Shown here one piece after another: positions 1 to 11,080 of a DNA stretch of 64,000 bases. Within the stretch, counting starts at the first letter, position 1, and every line of letters starts with the position of its first letter. The position numbers were made by a program, and so were the translations under genes. The stretch covers positions 6,634,001-6,698,000 of the forward strand of contig CM082590.2 in the NCBI GenBank assembly GCA_040954595.2, read 5' to 3'. The stretch is from Balanoglossus misakiensis. Its lineage: Eukaryota > Animalia > Hemichordata. The notes beneath the pieces were generated by a model. It saw nothing but the letters and a program-made list of their open reading frames with translations. It was not told the DNA's origin and ran no database searches.

Positions 1-477
1 ACTATGGTTTTTCGAAAATCCAATATGGCCGCCATAATCTTCGACCAATCACAATGATCTTCGCAAACTTGATAGACATCAGTTAGGTGACCACATACAC
101 CAAACCCCGTGTCTCGGTTGTCACCGGTTCTGGAGAAGAAGATTTTTGAAATTTTGACCAGATTTCAGAAAAAAAATTGTAGCAAAAAAACTGCAACATT
201 GACAGCATAATTTCCAATTACAAAAATGATGGGCAGAAGGTAGTCTACCTGCACGCCAAATTTGAAGTCGATCTGACTTGTAGTTTCTGAGATCTGAGAT
301 TTGCATTTTTTCAGAAAATCCAAGATGGCCGCCAGGTCATGTGACTAATTAAAAATTCAAGGGTTCAATGCACGACTACTCATTGACCTTGACCACTGTA
401 GCAAGTTTCAGAAGTGTACCTGCAGTGGTCTCTGAGATCTAGAGCGACAAAGAATTGACACAAGAATAAAGAAAGAA

Positions 478-3400
478 TTAAAGCTGCAAGCAGCGTTGGG
501 GGGGCACAAGCGGTTCCCATGGTGACCAGCAAATGCCACGGCTGTATCTGCTGGAGATACCAAGATATGGGAAAGTAGGTCAAAGGTCACCTGAGGTCAC
601 CCCAAATTTCGGCAAAAAAATTGGACCCCATACTAGTCTAGATCCAACAAAAAACCAGACCCCTAGCCCTATTGGTTCACCTGCAATTAGGTATGCACAT
701 AATTAATGAGGTCTTGTGTAAGACTCCATTATGTGCTCAATACCCATAAAAGCCAGGGCTCTAACTGCTCTGGATGCTGAGATATGGGAAAGTAGATCAA
801 AGGTCACCCAAGGTCACCCAAAATTAGGGCATCAAATTTTGACCCCAGAGTGGCCCATGTCCAACTAAAACCAGACCTCTAGCCCTATTGGTTAGCCTGG
901 AATTAGATATGCAGAAAAATGATGTTTCAGAAATAGGTCAAGGGTCATTGCCAAAATTACAAAAATATTTGTGTCATGTCCTGGCAGCATTGGTACCCAT
1001 GTCCACAAAATTCATGACTGTGGTGCTTTTACAAGAGGAGGTATGGGGAATATGCATATATAATTAGTTGTTTTAAAACTGGGTCAAAGGTCATGTGAAA
1101 ATTGCCCCGAAAAATTGTGACAACTTCCGGTCATATGATGACTCATATCCAAAAAAAGAATTTCCGTGCTGTCAACATTTTGGCTACAAAACAGAATTTT
1201 CATTTTTCAATGGTTTTCCGAAAATCCAACATGGCCGCCATAATGATCGACCAATCACAGTGCGCTTCGCAAACTTGATAGACATAGGTTAGGTGACCAC
1301 ATACCCCGAATCCCGTGACTCGGCAATCGCTGGTTCTGGAGAAGAAGATTTTTAAAGTTTTAAGTAGTTTTTCAGAAAAACAGTTGTAGCAAAAAAAACG
1401 GTTTGTGTGACGTCATGATTTCAATTGGGTAAAATGATGGACGGAAGGTAGGCTACCTGCACACCAAATTTGAACTCGATCGGCCCAGTAGTTTTTGAGA
1501 AGGACTCGTTTAACGATTTTCAGGAAATCCAATATGGCCGCCAGGTCACGTGACTAATTAAATATTCACGAGCCACTGCACGTCTACTCATTGGCCCCTA
1601 TCACCCTATGAAGTTTCAGCCCCCTAGGTGCTGCGGTTTTCCTGATCTACCTGGCCGAATTTTGGGGAAGAAGAAGAAGAAGAAGAATAAATTAAAGCTG
1701 CAAGCAGCATTGTCCGGGCCCAAGCTCTATTATCTGATCTGATTATTAGATATGCACATAATTAATGAGTAGAAACATAATGCTGTGTTTTATCACATGA
1801 AATATCAAGGTTATATCTATGTTTGGTGTTGATATAATGTTAAGTAGGTCAAAGGTCACCCAGAGGTCACCCACAATTTGAGCAGAAAATTTTGACCCAT
1901 AGTGGTCCATGTCCAACAAAAACCAGACCTCTAGCCCTTTTGGTTAGCCCGGAATTAGGTATGCACATAAATAATGAGTTAAGCAGGTGTCACAGGTGAC
2001 CCAAAACTTTGGCTTTTCATTATGGCCCCATACCTCCAAACGCCAAGGCTGTATCTGGTGTGGATGTCGAGATATGCAAAAGTAGGTCAAAGGTCACCCG
2101 AGGTCACCCAACATTTGGGCAAAATATTTTGACCCCATACTGGTCCATGTATAACAAAAACAAAACCTCTAGGTCTATTGGTTCATCATTAATTAGGTAT
2201 GTGCATATTAAATGAGGTCAACAGAGGTCAAAGGGGTTATGAAAAGTAGCAAAATTTTTTGATCACATACAAATCCACATACATCAAAAACCAAACTTAT
2301 AGCCCTATTGGTTAGCCTGGAATTAGATATGCAGAAAAATGATGCGTCAAAAGTAGGTCAAAGGTCATTGCCAAAATTACCAAAATATTTATAGCTTATT
2401 CTTGGCATATGATGATTCATATCCATAAAAAGAATTTCTGTGCTATCAATTTTTAGGCTAGAAACGGAATTTTTAATTTTTAATCGTTGTTCACAAAATC
2501 CAATATGGCCGCCAAAATCTTCGACCAATCACAATGATCTTCGCAAACTTGATAGACATCAGTGTAGTGACCATACTCCCCAAATCTTGTGACTCGGTTA
2601 TCGCTGGTTCTTGAGAAGAAGATTTTTGAAATTTTACTAGGGTTTTTCGAAAATCCAATATGGCCGCCATAATCTTCGACCAATCACAATGATCTTCGCA
2701 AACTTGATAGACCTCAGTTTGGTGACCACATACCCCAAACCCAGTGTCTCGGTTATCACCGGTTCTGGAGAAGAAGATTTTTGAAATTTAAGCCAGATTT
2801 CAGAAAAAAAATTGTAGCAAAAAAACTGCAACTTTTTCAGCATAATTTCCAATTACAAAAATGATAAGCAGAAGGTAGTCTACCTGCACGCCAAATTTGA
2901 AGTCGATCTGACTTGTAGTTTCTGAGATCTGAGATTTGCATATTTTCAGAAAATCCAAGATGGCTGCCAGGTCATGTGACTAATTAGAAATTCAAGGGTT
3001 CAATGCACGACTACTCATTGACCTTGACCACTGTAGCAAGTTTCAGAAGTGTACCTGCAGTGGTGTCTGAGATCTAGAGCGACAAAGAATTGACACAAGA
3101 ATAAAGAAAGAAGAAAGAAAGAAAGATTAAAGCTGCAAGCAGCATTGTCCGGGCCCAAGCTCTATTATCTGATCTGATATTAGATATGCACATAATTAAT
3201 GAGTAGAAACATAATGCTGTTCTATCCCATGAAATATCAAGGTTATATCTATGTTTGGTGCTGATAAAGTGTTAAGTAGGTCAAAGGTCACCCAGAGGTC
3301 ACCCAACATTTGGGCAGAAAATTTTAATCCATAGTGGTCCATGTCCAACAAAAACCAGACCTCTAGCCCTTTTGGTTAGCCTATAATTAGGTATGCACAT

Positions 3401-4728
3401 AATTAATGAGTTAAGCAGGTGTCACAGGTGACCCAAAACTTTGGCTTTTCATTATGGCCCCATACCTCCAAACGCCAAGGCTGTATCTGCTGTGGATGTC
3501 GAGATATGCAAAAGTAGGTCAAAGGTCACCTGAGGTCACCCAACATTTGGGCAAAATATTTTGACCCCATACTGGTCCATGTATAACAAAAACAAAACCT
3601 CTAGGTCTATTGGTTCATCTGTAATTAGGTATGTACATATTTAATGAGGTCAGCAGAGGTCAAAGGGGTCATGAAAAGTAGCAAAATTTTTGGATCACAT
3701 ACAAATCGACATACATCAAAAACCAAACTTATAGCCCTATTGGTTAGCCTGGAATTAGATATGCAGAAAAATCATGCGTCAAAAGTAGGTCAAAGGTCAT
3801 TGCCAAAATTACCAAAATATTTATAGCTTATTCTTGTCATATGATGATTCATATCCATAAAAAGAATTTCTGTGCTATCACTTTTTAGGCTAGAAAGGGA
3901 ATTTTTACTTTTTAATTGTTTTTCACAAAATCCAATATGGCCGCCATAATCTTCGACCAATCACATTCCTCTTCGCAAACTTGATAGACATCTGTTTAAT
4001 GACCACACACACCAAATCTTGTGACTCAATTATCGCCGGTTCTTGAGAAGAAGATTTTTGAAATTTTACTAGGGTTTTTCGAAAATCCAATATGGCCGCC
4101 ATAATCTTCTACCAATCACAATGATCTTCGCAAACTTGATAGACCTGAGTTTGGTGACCACATACCCCAAACCGCGTGACTCGGTTATCGCCGGTTCTGG
4201 AGAAGAAGATTTTTGAAATTTTGACCAGATTTCTGAAAAACAACTGTAGCAAAAAAACTGCAACATTGACAGCAACATATCCAATTACAAAAATGATGGG
4301 CAGAAGGTACACTACCAGCACACCAAATTTGAAGTAAATCTGACTTGTAGTTTCTGAGATCTGAGATTTGCATTTTTTCAGAAAATCCAATATGGCCGCC
4401 ATGTCACGTGACTAATTAAAAATTCAAGAGTTCAATGCACGACTACCCATTGACCTTGATCACTGTAGCAAGTTTGAGAAGTGTACCTGCAGTGGTGTCT
4501 GAGATCTAGAGCGACAAAGAATTGACACAAGAATAAAGAAAGAAAGAAAGAAGAAAGAAAAACCCCAACGAAACCAATAGGGCCCAAGCGCTGGTATGCG
4601 CTTGGGCCCTAAAAAACCCCAACGAAACCAATAGGGCCCAAGCGCTGGCTTGCGCTTGGGCCCTAAGAAGAAATATTCCAACAATAACAATGGGGGCACA
4701 AGCCGCCTGAGGGCGCTTGTGCCCCCAA
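478..4728 (+). mobile_element. Non-autonomous Helentron subfamily B (478-1691 + 4667-4728), interrupted by two nested A copies
   Basis: Left subterminal repeat GGGGGCACAAGC. Diverged body ending in (GAA)n. Resumes at 4667 with GAAGAAATATTCC and the palindrome TGGGGGCACAAGC...GCTTGTGCCCCCA. Confidence 0.8.
3127..4612 (+). mobile_element. Intact non-autonomous Helentron (HINE-like), subfamily A, 1486 bp
   Basis: Complete uninterrupted copy from TTAAAGCTGCAAGCAGC...GGGCCCAAGC to (GAAA)n...GCTTGGGCCCTAA. No meaningful ORF. Confidence 0.85.
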
Positions 4729-7700
4729 AGAAAGAAGAAAGAAAGACAGAAAAACCCCAACGAAACCAATAGGGCCCAAGCGCTTGCTTGCGCTTGGGCC
4801 CTAAAGAAAGAAAGAAAGATTAAAGCTGCAAGCAGCATTGTCCGGGCCCAAGCTCTATTATCTGATCTGATTATTAGAATTGCACATAATTAATGAGTAG
4901 AAACATAATGCTGTGTTTTACCCCATAAAATATCAAGGTTATATCTATGCTTGGTGTTGATAAAGTGTTAAGTAGGTCAAAGGTCACCCAGAGGTCACCC
5001 ACAATTTGGCCAGAAAATTGTGACCCATAGTAGTCCATGTCCAACAAAAACCAGATATCTAGCCCTTTTGGTTAGCCCAGAATTAGGTATACACATAAAT
5101 AATGAGTAAGCAGGTGTCACAGGTGACCCAAAACTTTGGCTTTTCATTATGGCCCCATACCTCCAAACGCCAAGGCTGTATCTGCTGTGGATGTCAAGAT
5201 ATGCAAAAGTAGGTCAAAGGTCACCCGAGGTCACCCAACATTTGGGCAAAATAGTTTCACCCCATACTGGTCCATGTATAACAAAAACAAAACCTCTAGG
5301 TCTATTGGTTCACCTGTAATTAGGTATGTGCATATTTAATGAGGTCAGCAGAGGTCAAAGGGGTCATGAAAAGTAGCAACATTTTTTGATCACATACAAA
5401 TCCACATACATCAACAACCAAACTTATAGCCCTATCGGTTAGCCTGGAATTAGATATGCAGAAAAATGATGCGTCAAAAGTAGGTCAAAGGTCATTGCCA
5501 AAATTACCAAAATATTTATAGCTTATTCTTGGCATATGATGATTCATATCCATAAAAAGAATTTCTGTGCTATCAATTTTTAGGCTAGAAAGGGAATTTT
5601 TTCTTTTTAATCGTTTTTCACAAAATCCAATATGGCCGCCATAATCTTCGACCAATCACATTCCCCTTCGCAAACTTGTAAGACATCTGTTTAATGACCA
5701 CACACACCAAATCTTGTGACTCGGTTATCGCCGGTTCTTGAGAAGAAGATTTTTGAAATTTTACTAGGGTTTTTCGAAAATCCAATATGGCCGCCGTAAT
5801 CTTCGACCAATCACAATGATCTTCGCAAACTTGATAGACATCAGTTAGGTGACCACATACCCTAAACCCCGTGTCTCGGTTATCACCGGTTCTGGAGAAG
5901 AAGATTTTTGAAATTTAAGCCAGATTTCAGAAAAAAAATTGTAGCAAAAAAACTGCAACATTTACAGCAAAATATCCAATTACAAAAATGATGGGTAGAA
6001 GGTAGACTACCTGCACACCAAATTTGAAGTCGATCTGACTTGTAGTTTCTGAGATCTGAGATTTGCATTTTTTCAGAAAATCCAATATGGCCGCCAGGTC
6101 ACGTGACTAATTAAAAATTCACAGGTTCAATGCACGACTACTCATTGACCTTGACCACTGTAGCAAATTTCAGAAGTGTACCTGCAGCGGTGTCTGAGAT
6201 CTAGAGCGACAAAGAATTGACACAAGAATAAAGAAAGAAAGAAAGAAGAATTAAAGCTGCAAGCAGCATTGTCCGGGCCCAAGCTCTATTATCTGATCTG
6301 ATTATTAGATATGCACATAATTAATGAGTAGGAACATAATGCTGTGTTTTATCCCATGAAATATCAAGGTTATATCTATGTTTGGTGTTGATATAGTGTT
6401 AAGTAGGTCAAAGGTCACCCAGAGGTCACCCACAATTTGGGCAGAAAATTTTGACCCATAGTGGTCCATGTCCAACAAAAACCAGATCTCTAGCCCTTTT
6501 GGTTAGCCCGAAATTAGGTATGCACATAAATAATGAGTTAAGCAGGTGTCACAGGTGACCCAAAACTTTGGCTTTTCATTATGGCCCCATACCTCCAAAC
6601 GCCAAGGCTGTATCTGCTGTGGATGTCGAGATATGCAAAAGTAGGTCAAAGGTCATCCGAGGTCACCCAACATTTGGGCAAAAAAATTTGACCCAATACT
6701 GGTTCATGTCCAACAAAAACCAAACCTCTAGGTCTATTGGTTCATCTGTAATTAGGTATGCGCATATTTAATGAGGTCAGCAGAGGTCAAAGGGGTCATG
6801 ATAAGTAGCGAAATTTTTTGATCACATACAAATCCACATACATCAAAAACCAAAATCATAGCCCTATAGGTTAGCCTGGAATTAGATATGCAGAAAAAAA
6901 CGATGTGTCAAAAGTAGGTCAAAGGTCATTGCCAAAATTACCAAAATATTTGGGGTAGGTCCTGGCAGGGATGATACCAATGTGCACAAAAATCAGAACT
7001 CTGGTACATTTAGAACACGTAGTATGAGCTATATATGCATATATGCAGGTTCTTAAAAAAGTAGGTCAAAGGTCATGTGAAAATATTTGCAACATATTCT
7101 AGTCATATCACGACTCATATCCATAAAAAGAATTGGTATGCTATCTATTTTTAGACTAGAAAAATGATTTCTTAATTTTCGCTGGTTTTTACAAAATCCA
7201 ATATGGCCGCCATAATCTTCGACCAATCACAACGCTCTTCGCAAACTTGATAGACATCAGTTAGGTGATGTCATACCCTAAATCCCATGACTCGGTTATT
7301 GCCGGTTCTGGAGAAGAAGATTTTTGAAGATTTTACTGTACTTTTTCGAAAATCCAATATGGCGGCCAAAGTCACGTGACCGCTCAGGATTTTATTGTCA
7401 AACTTTGAAGGGCAGAGGACATGTGTACCATACACCAAATTTGAACTTGATTGGCCCTGTGGTTTTTGAGAAGAAGCCATTTAAAGATTTTCAGAAAATC
7501 CAATATGGCCGCCAGGTCACGTGACTAATTAAATATTCACAAGCCACTGCACATCTACTCATTGACCTTGACCACTGTAGCAAGTTTGAGAAGTGTACCT
7601 GTAGCCGTTTCAGAGATCCAGGAGAGCAAAGATTGACATAAGAATAAAGAAAGAATTAAAGCTGCAAGCAGCATTGTCCGGGCCCAAGCTCTATTATCTG

Positions 7701-7937
7701 ATCTGATTATTAGATATGCACGTAATTAATGAGTAGAAACATAATGCAGTGTTTTATCCCATGAAATATCAAGGTTATATCTATGTTTGGTGCTGATATA
7801 GTGTTAAGTAGGTCAAAGGTCACCCAGGGGTCACCCACAATTTGGGCAGAATATTTTGACCCATAGTGGTCAATGTCCAACAAAAACCAGACCTCTAGCC
7901 CTTTTGGTTAACCCGGAATTAGGTATGCACATAAATA

Positions 7938-8653
7938 ATGCGTAAAGCAGGTGTCACAGGTGACCCCACAACTTTGGCTTTTCATTATGGCCCCATACCT
8001 CCAAACGCCAAGGTTGTACCTGCTTTGGATGCTGAGATATGCAAAAGTAGGTCAAAGGTCATCTGAGGTCACCCAAAATTTGGGTAGAAAATTTTGACCC
8101 GTAGTGGTCCATGTATAACAAAAACAAAACCTCTAGGTCTATTGGTTCATCTGTAATTAGGTATGTGCATATTTAATGAGTAAAGCAGGTGTCACAGGTG
8201 ACCCAAAACTTTGGCTTTTCATTATGGCCCCATACCTCCAAACGCCAAGGCTGTATCTGGTGTGGATGTCGAGATATGCAAAAGTAGGTCAAAGGTCACC
8301 CGAGGTCACCCAACATTTGGGCAAAATATTTTGACCCCATACTGGTCCATGTATAACAAAAACAAAACCTCTAGGTCTATTGGTTCATCTGTAATTAGGT
8401 ATGTGCATATTTAATGAGTAAAGCAGGTGTCACAGGTGACCCAAAACTTTGGCTTTTCATTATGGCCCCATACCTCCAAACGCCAAGGCTGTATCTGGTG
8501 TGGATGTCGAGATATGCAAAAGTAGGTCAAAGGTCACCCGAGGTCACCCAACATTTGGGCAAAATATTTTGACCCCATACTGGTCCATGTATAACAAAAA
8601 CAAAACCTCTAGGTCTATTGGTTCATCTGTAATTAGGTATATGCATATTTAAT
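7938..8653 (+). repeat. Internal ~238-bp module triplicated within one non-autonomous copy
   Basis: GTAAAGCAGGTGTCACAGGTGACCC recurs at ~7942, 8180 and 8418. The ORF track shows near-identical peptides at 8211 and 8449 (period 238). Confidence 0.85.
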
Positions 8654-9579
8654 GAGGTCAGCAGAGGTCAAAGGGGTCATGAAAAGTAGCAAAATTTTTT
8701 GATCACATACAAATCCACATACATCTAAAACCAAACTTATAGCCCTATTGGTTAGCCAGGAATTAGATATGCAGAAATAATAATGCATGATAAGTAGGTC
8801 AAAGGTCATTGCCAAAATTACCAAAATATTTACAGCTTATTCTTGGCATATGATGATTCATATCCATAAAAAGAATTTCTGTGCTATCAATTTTTAGGCT
8901 AGAAACAGAATTTTTACTTTTTAATCGTTGTTCACAAAATCCAATATGGCCGCCAAAATCTTCGACCAATCACAATGATCTTCGCAAACTTGATAGACAT
9001 CTGTTTAATGACCACACACACCAAATCTTGTGACTCGGTTATCGCCGGTTCTTGAGAAGAAGATTTTTGAAATTTTACTAGGGTTTTTCGAAAATCCAAT
9101 ATGGCCGCCATAATCTTCCACCAATCACAATGATCTTCGCAAACTTGATAGACCTCAGTTTGGTGACCACATACCCCAAACCGCGTGACTCGGTTATCGC
9201 CGGTTCTGGAGAAGAAGATTTTTGAAATTTTGACCAGATTTCAGAAAAACAACTGTAGCAAAAAAACTGCAACATTGACAGCAAAATATCCAATTACAAA
9301 AATGATGGGTAGAAGGTAGACTACCTGCACACCAAGTTTGAAGTCGATCTGACTTGTAGTTTCTGAGATCTGAGATTTGCATTTTTTCAGAAAATCTAAT
9401 ATGGCCGCCAGGTCACGTGACTAATTAAAAATTCAAGGGTTCAATGCACATCTACTCATTGACCTTGACCACTGTAGCAAGTTTGAGAAGTGTACCTGCA
9501 GTGGTGTCTGAGATCTAGAGCGACAAAGAATTGACACAAGAATAAAGAAAGAAGAAAGAAGAAAGAAGGAAAGACAGAA

Positions 9580-11080
9580 TTAAAGCTGCAAGCAGCATTG
9601 TCCGGGCCCAAGCTCTATTATCTGATCTGATTATTAGATATGCACATAATTAATGAGTAGAAACATAATGCTGTGTTTTATCCCATGAAATATCAAGGTT
9701 ATATCTAGGTTTGGTGTTGACATAGTATTAAGTAGGTCAAAGGTCACCCAGAGGTCACCAATTATTTGGGCAGAATATTTTGACCCATAGTGGTCTATGT
9801 CCAACAAAAACCAGATCTCTAGCCCTTTTGGTTAGCCCGGAATTAGGTATGCACATAAATAATGAGTTAAGCAGGTGTCACAGGTGACCCAAAACTTTGG
9901 CTTTTCATTATGGCCCTATACCTCCAAACGCCAAGGCTGTATCTGCTGTGGATTTCAAGATATGCCAAAGTAGGTCAAAGGTCACCCGAGGTCACCCAAC
10001 ATTTGGGCAAAAAATTCTGACCCCATACTGGTCCATGTATAACAAAAACAACACCTCTAGGTCTATTGGTTCATCATTAATTAGGTATGCGCATATTTAA
10101 TGAGGTCACCAGAGGTTAAAGGGGTCATGAAAACTAGCAAAATTTTTTGATCACATACAAATCCACATACATCAAAAACCAAACTTATAGCCCTATTGGT
10201 TAGCCTGGAATTAGATATGCAGAAAAATGATTCGTCAAAAGTAGGTCAAAGGTCATTGCCAAAATTACCAAAATATTTATAGCTTATTCTTGTCATATGA
10301 TGATTCATATCCATAAAAAGAATTTCTGTGCTATCAATTTTTAGGCTAGAAAAGGAATTTTTACTTTTTAATCGTTTTTCACAAAATCCAATATGGCCGC
10401 CGTAATCTTCGACCAATCACATTCCCCTTCGCAAACTTGATAGACATCTCTTTAATGACCACACACACCAAATCTTGTGACTCGGTTATCGCCCGTTCTG
10501 GAGAAGAAGATTTTTGAATTTTTACTATGGTTTTTCGAAAATCCAATATGGCCGCCATAATCTTCGACCAATCACAATGATCTTCGCAAACTTGATAGAC
10601 ATCTGTTAGGTGACCACATACCCCAAACGGCGTGACTTGGTTATTGCCGGTTCTGGAGAAGAAGATTTTTGAAATTTAAGCCAGATTTCAGAAAAAAAAT
10701 TGTAGCAAAAAAACTGCAACATTGTCAGCATAATTTCCAATTACAAAAATGATGGGTAGAAGGTAGTCTACCAGCATGCCAAATTTGAAGTTGATCTGAC
10801 TTGTAGTTTCTGAGATCTGAGATTTGCATTTTTTTAGAAAATCCAATATGGCCGCCAGGTCACGTGACTAATTAAAAATTCACAGGTTCAATGCACGACT
10901 ACTCATTGACCTTGACCACTGTAGCAAGTTTCAGAAGTGTACCTGCAGCGGTGTCTGAGATCTAGAGCGACAAAGAATTGACACAAGAATAAAGAAAGAA
11001 AGAAAGAAGAAAGAAGGAAAGACAGAAAAACCCCAACGAAACCAATAGGGCCCAAGCGCTGGTATGCGCTTGGGCCCTAA
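9580..11080 (+). mobile_element. Intact non-autonomous Helentron, subfamily A, 1501 bp
   Basis: Both termini present. The flanks GACAGAA and AAACCCC rejoin to give the intact GACAGAAAAACCCC of the host copy. Confidence 0.85.
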
